Part shown: piece by piece, positions 9,998-20,055 of the stretch
How the letters are laid out: each line of letters starts with the position of its first letter
Numbering within the stretch: position 1 is the first letter of the stretch
Origin: Candidatus Poribacteria bacterium
GTDB lineage: Bacteria; Poribacteria; WGA-4E; PCPOR2b
NCBI GenBank assembly: GCA_965116925.1
Contig: OZ220744.1
Span: 32,001-96,000 of the forward strand
Length of the DNA stretch: 64,000 bases
Direction: 5' to 3'
Notes under the pieces: generated by a model
Told to the model about the DNA's origin: nothing
The model's database searches: none
Seen by the model: only the letters and a program-made list of their open reading frames with translations
Position numbers and translations under genes: made by a program

Positions 9998-11989
9998 ATG
10001 GCTTCTAAGAAAACTGTTGCTTACAACGAACTGCTAGATTCTAACGATCTCACAATTTACGATCTGGAAACCCATTCATCCGGTCCTGAGGGCAGTCTGC
10101 CACTCACGCCGGAGATGCTGCTCAATTTGCCGAGCGGGGATGTCTTCGCATGGAGTCATAATGCGGGTATGGGATGGGCACCCGGTGAACTCAATCGGAG
10201 AGAGTTCCTCATCCTGAGCACACAAGGAGGTATCCGCGCGCCGGATGGGAGTCCAATCGCGCTTGGCTACCACACCGGGCATTGGGAGGTTGGCTTGTTG
10301 ATGCAGGCTGCCGCCGAGGAATTTAAAGAGCTAGGCATGATCCCGTTTGCCGGATTCTGTTCGGATCCATGTGATGGACGTACACAGGGCACCCCCGGTA
10401 TGATGGACAGCCTCGCCTACCGTAACGACGCCGCAATAGTTTTCCGGCGGCTCATTCGGTCAATGCCGACGCGCAAAGGGGTGATGATGGTTGCGACCTG
10501 TGACAAAGGGTTACCTGCCACGATGATTGCAATCGCTGCGATGCGCGATCTGCCGTGCGTATTAGTCCCCGGTGGGGTGACATTACCGCCGACCGAAGGT
10601 GAGGATGCGGGCATGATTCAGTCCATCGGTGCCCGTTTTGCACACGGGGAGATCTCCTTGGAGGATGCTTCTGACTTCGGGTGCAAAGCGTGTGCAAGTC
10701 CGGGGGGCGGATGCCAATTTCTTGGAACTGCTGGAACATCGCAGGTCGTTGGCGAGGCGCTAGGGATGACGCTGCCGCATTCAGGGCTTGCACCATCCGG
10801 TCAACCAATCTGGTCAGATATGGCAAAGCGGTCCGCCCGTGCCTTGGTCAACCTCGACGCAAAGGGTATCAAGATGAGTGATATTTTGACAGATGAAGCG
10901 GTGCGGAATGCGATGGTTGTCCACGCCGCCTGCGGAGGTTCGACCAACCTACTCCTGCATATCCCTGCCATCGCCCATGCAGCAAAACTCAGTCGTCCAA
11001 CCGTCGAAGATTGGATGGAGATTAATTGGCAAGTGCCTCGCCTTGTTGATGTCTTACCCAATGGGCCTGTCGGTCATCCAACTGTTCAGCTCTTTCTAGC
11101 GGGGGGTGTGCCTGAAGTGATGCTGCATTTGCGGGAGTTAGGTCTGTTGAACGAAGACGTACTCACCGCTTCAGGCGAACCCCTTGGGCGAAACCTCGAT
11201 TGGTGGGAGAAATCGGAACGTCGGCAGCGTGTCCGAGATCTATTGATGGAACGAGATGGAGTTGATCCGGACGATGTGATTATGACCCCAGAAGCCGCAA
11301 AGGCGCGTGGGTTGACTAGCACGGTCACCTTTCCGCGTGGTAATCTCGCGCCGGAGGGTTCCGTCATCAAAAGCACTGCGATCGATCCTAGCGTTGTTGA
11401 TGAAGATGGCGTGTATCGAATGACCGGGCGTGCCCGTGTCTTTGTCCGTGAGCGCGACGCGATTCGGGCACTCAAAAGCAGTGAGGACGACCAGATTAAG
11501 CCGGGCGAGGTCATGGTGCTTTGCTCCCGCGGTCCTATGGGTTCTGGTATGGAGGAAGTCTACCAGATTACTGCCGCGCTCAAACACCTTTCGTTCGGCA
11601 AGCACGTCGCCCTAATCACCGATGCGCGATTCTCCGGTGTCTCTACCGGCGCGTGCATCGGACATGTCGGACCAGAAGCGTTGTCAGGCGGACCTATTGG
11701 CAAGTTGATTGACGGCGATCAGATCCAGATTCGTGTTGATCGGAATCGGCTTGAAGGGAGCATTGATTTGGTCGGTCATGGAGACCGAATTTTCGGTGTT
11801 GAGGCTGGTACGCAGGTCTTAGCCGAGAGGTCGCCACGTCCGGACCTCGCCCCTGATGACCTGCTACCGGACGATACGCGTCTGTGGGCGGCGCTCCAGA
11901 GTGTCGGTGGCGGAACATGGGGCGGCTGCGTCTACGATGTAGATGCAATTATTGAAACACTTGAAGCCGGTATAAAGCGTGAAACGTAA
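9998..11989 (+). CDS. YjhG/YagF-family D-xylonate dehydratase (IlvD/Edd family)
   Basis: [48 protein letters not shown]. Confidence 0.9.
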   Translation: MASKKTVAYNELLDSNDLTIYDLETHSSGPEGSLPLTPEMLLNLPSGDVFAWSHNAGMGWAPGELNRREFLILSTQGGIRAPDGSPIALGYHTGHWEVGLLMQAAAEEFKELGMIPFAGFCSDPCDGRTQGTPGMMDSLAYRNDAAIVFRRLIRSMPTRKGVMMVATCDKGLPATMIAIAAMRDLPCVLVPGGVTLPPTEGEDAGMIQSIGARFAHGEISLEDASDFGCKACASPGGGCQFLGTAGTSQVVGEALGMTLPHSGLAPSGQPIWSDMAKRSARALVNLDAKGIKMSDILTDEAVRNAMVVHAACGGSTNLLLHIPAIAHAAKLSRPTVEDWMEINWQVPRLVDVLPNGPVGHPTVQLFLAGGVPEVMLHLRELGLLNEDVLTASGEPLGRNLDWWEKSERRQRVRDLLMERDGVDPDDVIMTPEAAKARGLTSTVTFPRGNLAPEGSVIKSTAIDPSVVDEDGVYRMTGRARVFVRERDAIRALKSSEDDQIKPGEVMVLCSRGPMGSGMEEVYQITAALKHLSFGKHVALITDARFSGVSTGACIGHVGPEALSGGPIGKLIDGDQIQIRVDRNRLEGSIDLVGHGDRIFGVEAGTQVLAERSPRPDLAPDDLLPDDTRLWAALQSVGGGTWGGCVYDVDAIIETLEAGIKRET

Positions 11990-12028
11990 AACGTAAGAGG
12001 AATTCAGACCTTAATTAACAGAAAGGAG

Positions 12029-12071
12029 CCCGCAGATCCTACCTCAACTATTTTTTGGTAGGATCTGCGGG
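12029..12071. repeat. Perfect 15-bp inverted repeat (GTAG-type) between RBS and start codon
   Basis: CCCGCAGATCCTACC-13 nt-GGTAGGATCTGCGGG. Confidence 0.85.
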
Positions 12072-12077
12072 ATTACT

Positions 12078-13184
12078 ATGATAGCACACACGAATCTCGT
12101 CGGTTCTCGTAAGGAAGAACTAGATACGCCGGCGCTCCTGATTGATTTGCCGACAATGGAGCGCAACATTGACCGCATGGCGTCTACCATTATTCACGAA
12201 GCCGGGGTCAATTGGCGCCCCCATACAAAAGGGATGAAAAGCCCCGCACTCGCCCATAAACTCCTTGATGCAGGTGCCATCGGTGTTACCTGCGCCAAAC
12301 TCGGTGAAGCGGAGGTTATGGCTGCTGGTGGTGTGAAGGACATCCTCATTGCTAACCAGATTGTTGGATCGCAGAAGGTTGCTCGTTTGGTCAATTTACG
12401 AAAACATGCGGATGTCATGGTCGCTGTTGACTGCGAAGAGCACGTAGAAGCCATTGACCGCGCAGCCCGTGAGAAGGGGGTGCGTATTCGCCTCGTCATT
12501 GAGATTAATACGGGTATGGATCGAGCTGGCGTAGATCCTGGAGAACCAGCACTCGCTCTGGCTCGTAAGATCCACGGTAGGGAAGGGGTACAGCTTGCGG
12601 GTCTCTTTACATGGGAGTCGATTGCGCTCCGTATTGAAGATCCAGAGGAGAAAAAGCGGATCGTTGACGATGCGCTGACCTCCGTTACGGACACCGCACA
12701 GAAATGCCGAAACGAAGGGATGCCTATCGACGTCATCAGTTGTGGCGGAACGGGAACTTACTGGATCAGTGCTTTTCAGCCGGGTATCACGGAAATTCAG
12801 GCAGGGGGTGGAATCTTCTGTGACGTTATCTACCGCTATCAGTATGGTGTTGAACACCCGTATGCCCTTACAGTTCTCGCCACAGTTACGAGTCGTCCCG
12901 CCCCCACGCGGATTATCTGCGATGCCGGGAGAAAGACTATGAGTGTGGGCGCAGCAGATCCAGATCCCATCGGAATTTCGGACGTAGAATCGGTGGGGAT
13001 GTCAGCGGAACACGGGACGGTGAAACTCACTAAGCCGAGCGAAACGCCGCGTGTCGGAGACAAAATCGAGTTTGTTATCGGCTACTCAGATGTTACCGTC
13101 GCGCTACACGACGAAATCTACGGTATCCGCGAGGGTGTCGTCGAAACAGTTTGGCCCCTTCTCGGACGTGGACGACTGCAATAG
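12078..13184 (+). CDS. DSD1-family PLP-dependent enzyme (D-threonine aldolase/D-serine dehydratase-like)
   Basis: LDTPALLID, RPHTK (PLP lysine), GGTGT, DAGRK, SAEHG. Confidence 0.9.
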   Translation: MIAHTNLVGSRKEELDTPALLIDLPTMERNIDRMASTIIHEAGVNWRPHTKGMKSPALAHKLLDAGAIGVTCAKLGEAEVMAAGGVKDILIANQIVGSQKVARLVNLRKHADVMVAVDCEEHVEAIDRAAREKGVRIRLVIEINTGMDRAGVDPGEPALALARKIHGREGVQLAGLFTWESIALRIEDPEEKKRIVDDALTSVTDTAQKCRNEGMPIDVISCGGTGTYWISAFQPGITEIQAGGGIFCDVIYRYQYGVEHPYALTVLATVTSRPAPTRIICDAGRKTMSVGAADPDPIGISDVESVGMSAEHGTVKLTKPSETPRVGDKIEFVIGYSDVTVALHDEIYGIREGVVETVWPLLGRGRLQ

Positions 13185-13243
13185 GAAAAACGTGAAGGAT
13201 TTGAGGTGCATATTTGTAAGTATTTTACAAAAAAATCGTTTTC

Positions 13244-13843
13244 TCAGGCGTATCTGTCAAACGGCGACTGTTCGTTGATCAGCATGATAGATTGTCCATC
13301 AGCAACGATACGATAGGTGCGACTGAGAAACGGTTGCCCCTCCAAATGAAGGAGTGCCTCCGGCAAATCTTTCGGGCGTTTAAGCCCCCACCACAGCAGA
13401 TCGCGTCGGCTTTCTAAACCGCTGCGCTGCAAGAGCTGTCCCAAACCTTGACCTTTGAGCGTCAAGCCTTCTCTGATGGTTTGTGAGATTCGATCTGGCA
13501 CAATGATTGAGGTCGCGTAAGCGTGGATGATTGGCTGATGCGCGTCCTTTTGCCCCGTTTGCAGCATCACTTGACGAGCAACAATTTCTGTTCCTTTTTC
13601 AGCGTCGAGCCAAATATGATCTGTCGGTAGAGTTTGCATCTCTTGGTGGAGCAGCACAACTTCGACCGGAGAAAATGTATAGGCTTCGATGAACCGTGTC
13701 ACTGTGCCATCGATGACCAATAGTGCCCGCTGAAACGGCGTCAATTGACTCAAGTTCATTTCCTCTAAGTCCGACGGTTTTGCAAACTGGGCGACAAAGA
13801 GATCCTTCATCCGTTTCTTAGAAATGTGAGTTTGCTCTTTCAT
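13244..13843 (-). CDS. Chorismate pyruvate-lyase-like protein (DUF98/Rv2949c-like)
   Basis: QRALLVIDGTVTRFIEA, GLGQLL...LESRR, SRTYRI...MLINE; ATG 13843 immediately after the upstream stop. Confidence 0.75.
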   Translation of the reverse strand: MKEQTHISKKRMKDLFVAQFAKPSDLEEMNLSQLTPFQRALLVIDGTVTRFIEAYTFSPVEVVLLHQEMQTLPTDHIWLDAEKGTEIVARQVMLQTGQKDAHQPIIHAYATSIIVPDRISQTIREGLTLKGQGLGQLLQRSGLESRRDLLWWGLKRPKDLPEALLHLEGQPFLSRTYRIVADGQSIMLINEQSPFDRYA

Positions 13844-13844
13844 C

Positions 13845-14888
13845 TCATTCAACGTCACTGTTTGAATCTCCTCGCTTGATTTGCCCCCACAGTACTGGCA
13901 GCTTTTCTTTTCCTTCGACATGCAAGGTGCCGGTATCAAATTCTTCCATAGCAGGGAGAATGGCTGGGCCTAGCCCTTCTGCAACCCCACCAACGGCATA
14001 GATCTTATTGTCCACAACACCCGCTCCCAAGAACACTCTTGCCGTTGGCATATCCGTTTCCTGCAACCATGTATCACTCGCGGGATCATACCTCTCAACC
14101 GTGGACAGACCCGGACCTTGTATGACGGCAGCACCACCAATCGCGTAGATCTGTTTTCCAACCACGCCGGTTACTAGCGCACTCCTTTTGCTTGGCATAT
14201 TTGCCTTTGGTGTCCAAGTTTCCGTCGTGGGGTCGTATTCTTCAACGGTTGCAAGCACGGGACCTTGCACGTTAGACGTGCCGCCGAACAGATAGATTTT
14301 TCCATTCACAGTTGCCGCAGACATTCCTGACCGAGGATTTGGCATATCAACTTTTTGATCCCACTTGTCAGTCGCTGGATCATATACCTCGACAACCGGT
14401 AGCACAGGACCGAAGTTTGTTGCGATGCCACCGATGGCATAGATTTTTCCGTCCACAACAGCAGTTGCGAAAAACACTCGTGCCGTGGGCATATCCGCTT
14501 TCTGCGTCCACCTATCGGTTGCCGGATCATATTCTTCTACGGTCGAAAGCGCAGGGGCTTGATTATTCCAGCCACCGATGGCATATATCTTTCCATTAAC
14601 AGCCGTAGTCACAACTCCTGCGCGTGCGGCTGGCATATCTGCTTTCTGCGCCCATGTATCAGTCGCTGGCGTGTAGGTATCGACCCTTGCAATCGGTTCG
14701 GCGAGCATACCACCTATAACATAAACCAGTTCACCAGCTGCGCTCACCGAGAAAAAGAGTCTTGGAAAAGGCATGTCGGTCTTTTTTGACCATTCTCCCT
14801 CCGCCGCAAGGCTGACCGAAGGGATTGCCAACAGTCCATTTAGTACTAATCCAAGTCCAAGTGCCCAAAACAAAAAACGTTTCATCAA
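13845..14888 (-). CDS. Secreted Kelch-repeat protein
   Basis: Signal peptide; six GKIYAIGG...VEEYDPATDxW...MPTAR repeats; C-terminal KLPVLWGQIK. Confidence 0.93.
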   Translation of the reverse strand: MMKRFLFWALGLGLVLNGLLAIPSVSLAAEGEWSKKTDMPFPRLFFSVSAAGELVYVIGGMLAEPIARVDTYTPATDTWAQKADMPAARAGVVTTAVNGKIYAIGGWNNQAPALSTVEEYDPATDRWTQKADMPTARVFFATAVVDGKIYAIGGIATNFGPVLPVVEVYDPATDKWDQKVDMPNPRSGMSAATVNGKIYLFGGTSNVQGPVLATVEEYDPTTETWTPKANMPSKRSALVTGVVGKQIYAIGGAAVIQGPGLSTVERYDPASDTWLQETDMPTARVFLGAGVVDNKIYAVGGVAEGLGPAILPAMEEFDTGTLHVEGKEKLPVLWGQIKRGDSNSDVE

Positions 14889-14933
14889 GAAACTCCTTCC
14901 TTCCCTATTCGTTGTTCAGCCCCAGCGGTTGCT

Positions 14934-17243
14934 TTACGGATTCCACCAATACGTCATCTTTCCGACAACTGTTGATTCTGAGAGACCAATACTCCCGCTA
15001 TCCTCATCATAAACTTGGTTAAACACGAAGTAAAAGTCGCTACCTGGCCGGTAGATATAGTTGAGCAGGAAATTGGTTGAAACCACATCGTCTGCGCTAT
15101 TCCACTGTGCGAACAGTTTTGCAAAGAGGCGAGTAGAGAAGGAGTAGACCATCCGGCTTGCCACCAAATTTGCATTGAAAGATCCCGCAGGGAGTTCGAC
15201 TCGCTCAAATTGATACTGCGTTTCTACCACAAACCGTCCGCTCGGTTTGAAGCTGGCGTCAATCTCGAAACCCCGTCGGGTCCCGTCAAAGAAATTACCA
15301 GCATTCACGCCAAACTGTCCGGCAAACATCCCGCTTTGTGCAGTTTCGACCATTACGCGGAACCAATTAAATTCATATTCGTCAACGGGGATAACGATAT
15401 CATCGTATATATCAAAATCTTCGTTGAGATGCTCCGCTGTACGTGTGACTTGAAGCGTAATCCGTTCACCGTTGTCAAGTTCAATCCGACTACCGAGTGT
15501 GAGATCGCGGGTTGCCAATTCATTGTCCTGAGTGAGAACATAGTCTATCTCTGGCCCCACCTGAATTTCGCGAATGCTGAATTTACGAGGTCGAGGTGTG
15601 TACTCCATTTGACTGCGGAATCGACGGCTTCCTTGGTGTCGAACGTACCCAACTTCTGGGTTGAAATTGTCACCGGTATCGGTGTATCCAGCCGACAGGT
15701 CAAAGAGATCATCCTGCCAATTGGAGCCAATATACCACGCATCATTACCTCCGATATCTGCTTCGTCCTCTGAATCCGCTGTTCGTGCCCAGAACCCACG
15801 AATTTCCATTCTGTCCGCTGGACGATACGAGAAATCAAGCCCACCGGCGCGGTTGTAGTTTTCTGAATCCTGCTTGTTAATAGCAATCAACCCAACACGA
15901 GAGCCACTGAAAAGATCTCGCGTCATCCTTAGCACAGCGTAGTTAGTGCGTGGCACATCGACAATTTCATCGGGATCGGTAATTGATTCATCCGTGTGAA
16001 ATTCGTTGGTGAACACATTGAGCAATCCTACGCCGTAGGCCCCCATTTTTCCCGTAATCTTGCCACCTCCCATGATTGGAATAGGGTGTCCATCTTGGAT
16101 ACCGATGCGACGACTGTAGAAAAGGAGTAGCGGCGGTGGACGACGAAAGCTAGGACGCGGAACGCCGAAATCGAAGAGACTTGCCCCCTCCAAGAAGAAC
16201 GGACGCTTCTCAGGAAAGAACAGACTGAAGCGGGTCAGGTTGACCTGTTCTTCGTCCGCTTCAACCTGTGCAAAATCTGTGTTAAACGTCAAATCAGCAA
16301 TGAGATTCGTAGTCAGTCCGTACTTGAGATCTAAACCAACTTCAAATTCCCCATCCGTCTGATCATCCTCTTCGATTCGACTCACACCGGGTAAAACATA
16401 AGGCAAAAACTCAATCTGTCTTTTCGGCTTGATTCCCTCTATGCCTACCAGACTTCCCATGTAGGCGGTGCGATATTTCGCGCGACCACCATACGACGAG
16501 GGGACCGGTGCCCATGTGCCTTCCTCATTGGTTCGGCGGATACCACGCGACAAATTCAGCCCCCACGTCATATCTTCGCTCTCTTTGAAACGGAGTTGAC
16601 CGAAGGGGATAGAAATTTCTGAGGTCCAGCGATCAGAATGAATTTGACTTTGACAATCTACTACCGCGTCCCAATCCCTGTTGAAACTATCGCCGCTATT
16701 GCTTATTGCGGTATCCTGTACCGCTCCCAACGCATTAACGCGGAACGCGACGCCGCTCCGTTTATCGTTATAGGTGTCGAGAATGAGAAAAACGTAGTCG
16801 TTTTCATGCAACTCGCGCGCGTCGCGGCGCATGTCATTGGCAACTATTTTGGAAACGTCTGAATCAAAACAGGTGAAGCCGAAGTAGACGTTCTCTTCAT
16901 CATAGAGAACGCGAACTTCAGTCGGTAGGGTCATCGGATCACCCGCATCCGGTTCGACTTGGCTAAACTGTCCGACAGGTTTGGCTTCTTGCCAGTCCGG
17001 CTCATTGAAATCGCCGTCAATCTCGATGCTACTAAAAGTCCGGTACGCCTCCGCCTGATATTCAGTAGCGTTTTGGGAGGCGCTGACCATAAGGGGCGTT
17101 AAAGCAAGCAAATACGCAAATAAACAGATGAGCCAATAGATTTGGTAAGGTGCTTTTCTCGAAAAGAGGGTACCTCTCTGTGATTCACAATCCATAGACA
17201 TCTTTCCTTTCGTTTTCGGATAGCTCGAATGTGCATCAAACAT
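14934..17243 (-). CDS. CBM9-like/DUF5916 domain outer-membrane protein (start uncertain)
   Basis: IDGDFNEPDW, DFAQVEADEEQVNLTRFSLFFPEKRPFFLEG, YSRRIG; beta-barrel-like C-terminus KMTYWWNP. Confidence 0.85.
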   Translation of the reverse strand: MFDAHSSYPKTKGKMSMDCESQRGTLFSRKAPYQIYWLICLFAYLLALTPLMVSASQNATEYQAEAYRTFSSIEIDGDFNEPDWQEAKPVGQFSQVEPDAGDPMTLPTEVRVLYDEENVYFGFTCFDSDVSKIVANDMRRDARELHENDYVFLILDTYNDKRSGVAFRVNALGAVQDTAISNSGDSFNRDWDAVVDCQSQIHSDRWTSEISIPFGQLRFKESEDMTWGLNLSRGIRRTNEEGTWAPVPSSYGGRAKYRTAYMGSLVGIEGIKPKRQIEFLPYVLPGVSRIEEDDQTDGEFEVGLDLKYGLTTNLIADLTFNTDFAQVEADEEQVNLTRFSLFFPEKRPFFLEGASLFDFGVPRPSFRRPPPLLLFYSRRIGIQDGHPIPIMGGGKITGKMGAYGVGLLNVFTNEFHTDESITDPDEIVDVPRTNYAVLRMTRDLFSGSRVGLIAINKQDSENYNRAGGLDFSYRPADRMEIRGFWARTADSEDEADIGGNDAWYIGSNWQDDLFDLSAGYTDTGDNFNPEVGYVRHQGSRRFRSQMEYTPRPRKFSIREIQVGPEIDYVLTQDNELATRDLTLGSRIELDNGERITLQVTRTAEHLNEDFDIYDDIVIPVDEYEFNWFRVMVETAQSGMFAGQFGVNAGNFFDGTRRGFEIDASFKPSGRFVVETQYQFERVELPAGSFNANLVASRMVYSFSTRLFAKLFAQWNSADDVVSTNFLLNYIYRPGSDFYFVFNQVYDEDSGSIGLSESTVVGKMTYWWNP

Positions 17244-17270
17244 TCGAGAATGATGGTTCTGGTGGCGAAA

Positions 17271-18713
17271 TTACTCCCCTTGTAGATGTTGGATTAACAT
17301 ATTTCGTGTTACTGGTTGGTCAAAGAACATCAGGTAGATTTGGAGGGTGCCGCTCCGGTCAGAGACAAATGCGAGTTTTTGCCCGTCTGGCGAAAAGGCA
17401 GGTTGTACTGAGACACCGATGCCGTTGGTGATGCGTCGTTCATTGGTCCCATCTATATCCATCAGATAGATCTCAATGTCATCCATCCGCCCGGAGACGA
17501 AGGCAATGGTTTTTCCATCAGGGGCAATCACCGGGCTGTAGCAGTCGTAAGGGTTGGGATTCAGATGTTTTTCATCACTGCCATCAACATTGATGGTGTA
17601 GATTTGATGAAGCGGCTTGCTACGACCGGGGGCGACGCGACGCGGGCCGGTGCCTTCTGGTCCCGCAGACACAAATGCGAGCCGTTCTCCATCCGGAAAA
17701 AAGGTTGAGCTGCCTTCGTCTGCCTCACTATCAGTAATGGGGATAGGGACGATTATGCTTCCCCTCATGTTTTCCAGATCAACGTCGTTCAAATCTAGGA
17801 GGTATAGGTCTAAGGTTCTATTCCTACTTGCCTCATAAACCACACGCTTCCACCCCTCCCTTAATCCACCCGCTAGCGGGGGGAAAAGGGGGGTTGATGG
17901 TGCACGGACACCCAATCCAAGTGGTAGCAGTTCGTGTGTTACTTCTCTATCGAGGTGAGTGGCATAAATACCCGCGTAGACCGGCGTTGTTCCATCGCTC
18001 TGGAGGACAATATGGATTTCGCCTGCACTTTTTGGTTCGCGGCTGTGCACTATATACCGTGAATCACCCAAAAATCTCGGAGTATCTTCATTAAAATCCG
18101 GTGTGAACGTTATCTGTCGGAGATTGCTTCCATTCACATCCATCAGATAGATTTCACTGTTACCCAAGCGGGACGATGCAAAGGCGATCTGTTTGCCATC
18201 GAGGGAGAAGTTCGGGGAGTAGTTATCTGGATTGCCCTTTGTGATCTGAGTCACTTGATAAGCATCACTGACCAGTCCTGCGACCTGTTGTATCACCGCG
18301 CTATCCGATGTAGAATGGACAATCGCGCGCAGTTGATTGACCCCCTCCTTGCGAACCCCCAATCTCAGATAAATCTTCGCTAGCTGCAGTCGTGCCATCG
18401 CGCGATCTTCGGGCTGGGCAACGTATAATCGAATTGCAGCTTTGAACTGGGGAATCGCGCGATCGTAGTTTTCCAGTGCTTCATGTGCCTGTGCCATCAA
18501 GATCCGGGCTTTCGGGTTCCGGTCGTCGGCTGCGATGACCTGCGTAAGCAAGGGAACTGCTTCATCATGTCTACCTGAACGGATTAGCTCCTCACTCTGT
18601 CGGAGGGATTCGTCTGTTCCATCGCAGCCGATGACGAATAGGGAGGATAGCAAAGTGCAACATAGTGTGTGAAATATGATGCGTGATGCGTAATGCGTAA
18701 AACGAAAGATCGT
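17271..18713 (-). CDS. TPR plus TolB-like (PD40) beta-propeller lipoprotein; start at non-canonical ACG 18713 or TTG 18653
   Basis: Lipobox FVIG-C, TPR helices, repeated PxFSPDGKxIAFxS...IYxMDxxG. Confidence 0.8.
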   Translation of the reverse strand, partial: TIFRFTHYASRIIFHTLCCTLLSSLFVIGCDGTDESLRQSEELIRSGRHDEAVPLLTQVIAADDRNPKARILMAQAHEALENYDRAIPQFKAAIRLYVAQPEDRAMARLQLAKIYLRLGVRKEGVNQLRAIVHSTSDSAVIQQVAGLVSDAYQVTQITKGNPDNYSPNFSLDGKQIAFASSRLGNSEIYLMDVNGSNLRQITFTPDFNEDTPRFLGDSRYIVHSREPKSAGEIHIVLQSDGTTPVYAGIYATHLDREVTHELLPLGLGVRAPSTPLFPPLAGGLREGWKRVVYEASRNRTLDLYLLDLNDVDLENMRGSIIVPIPITDSEADEGSSTFFPDGERLAFVSAGPEGTGPRRVAPGRSKPLHQIYTINVDGSDEKHLNPNPYDCYSPVIAPDGKTIAFVSGRMDDIEIYLMDIDGTNERRITNGIGVSVQPAFSPDGQKLAFVSDRSGTLQIYLMFFDQPVTRNMLIQHLQGE

Positions 18714-18818
18714 CTGCTTTGCCTCCTTCCTCTGAAGAGGTAGTCAAGGTGAGGTTGAGGATGATATTTAACCCAAACGCCTCCAGATGCTTCTTTGACG
18801 CATTTGTGCTGAATTTGT

Positions 18819-20033
18819 TTATTCGTGTCTGAGGGCTTCAATCGGGGATAACTTCGCTGCTTTCCATGCCGGATACGCCCCAAAGAAAACGCCGATCCAC
18901 GCCGCAACGAAAAACGCTACCGCCGTATACATCGGTGAAATGATCGTCCGCCATCCCCAGATTGATGGCACCATTTTTGACCCGAATATCCCAACGCCAA
19001 TGCCAATCAGCCCCCCAAGAATCGACAACGTCATTGCCTCAATCAGAAATTGGATTAGGATGTCATGACGTTTGGCACCGACCGCCTTCCGCAAACCTAT
19101 CTCCCGCGTCCGTTCCGTCACCGATACCAACATGATATTCATAATCCCAATCCCACCGACGATCAGGGACACAATTGCGATGCCCATAATCATGTAGGTG
19201 AACGTCTGCCCCGATTCTTCCAAAGTCTCAAGGAACTCCGTTTGATTCCGCACGTTAAAATCGAGTTGCTTGTTAGCAGGGAGTTTGTGCTGTTTCCGCA
19301 AGAGATCCTCAATTTCAGCTTGGGCTGGCTCCATTGCCTCACTACTGATCGCTTGTGCGTTGATACTTGATAGATGATCCCTGCCAAAAACTCGTTTCAT
19401 TGCCGTTGATACCGGAATAAAGACTTGGTCATCCGGATTTCGCCAACCGCTCGCCCCTTTTTCCTTCATGATGCCAAGCACCCGGAAGTTAAGTCCCCGA
19501 ATTTTGACCGTCTTGCCAATCGGATCTATCCCCTCGCCGAACAGTTCATCAACGACTGTCTTGCCCAACGTGCATACCCGCCGCCGAGTCCGCACATCGT
19601 TCTCGGTGAAGAACGCGCCTTTCTCGACAGGGAAATTTGCTGTTACCTGATACTCCGGCGTTGTACCGACAATCGTCGTATTGTGGTTTTTGTTCCCGTG
19701 CTTGATCTGTGTGCGTGAGGATACCTCCGGTGTAACTAAGAGAATGTTTTGGGCGCGTTCCCTCAACACCATAGCATCTTCGTACTTCAGGCTCTGGCGA
19801 TCCTGCCCCGAACTGCGTCCACGAAAACGACTCTGACCCGGACGGACGGCGAGGATATTCGCTCCGAGCGTCTGGATGCGCTCCGTGATGTCCGCTTTTG
19901 CCCCCTCACCGATTGAGGTGGTGGTCATAATCGCTCCCACGCCGATAATGACACCAAGCATCGTCAACGCCGATCGAAGTTTGTTTGCTAATAAACTGCG
20001 TAGCGCGTTTGCTAAACTTTCGAGCGTTCCCAT
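18819..20033 (-). CDS. MacB/FtsX-family ABC transporter permease
   Basis: LRSALTMLGVIIGVGA, GGIGIMNIMLVSVTERTREIGLRKAVGA, PIEALRHE. Confidence 0.93.
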   Translation of the reverse strand: MGTLESLANALRSLLANKLRSALTMLGVIIGVGAIMTTTSIGEGAKADITERIQTLGANILAVRPGQSRFRGRSSGQDRQSLKYEDAMVLRERAQNILLVTPEVSSRTQIKHGNKNHNTTIVGTTPEYQVTANFPVEKGAFFTENDVRTRRRVCTLGKTVVDELFGEGIDPIGKTVKIRGLNFRVLGIMKEKGASGWRNPDDQVFIPVSTAMKRVFGRDHLSSINAQAISSEAMEPAQAEIEDLLRKQHKLPANKQLDFNVRNQTEFLETLEESGQTFTYMIMGIAIVSLIVGGIGIMNIMLVSVTERTREIGLRKAVGAKRHDILIQFLIEAMTLSILGGLIGIGVGIFGSKMVPSIWGWRTIISPMYTAVAFFVAAWIGVFFGAYPAWKAAKLSPIEALRHE

Positions 20034-20055
20034 CTATACGATTCCTCCCTTACTG

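Noticed and set aside
18584..18907. 107-aa ORF bridging the permease and TolB-like genes
   Set aside because: Overlaps both neighbours and is largely translated repeat sequence.
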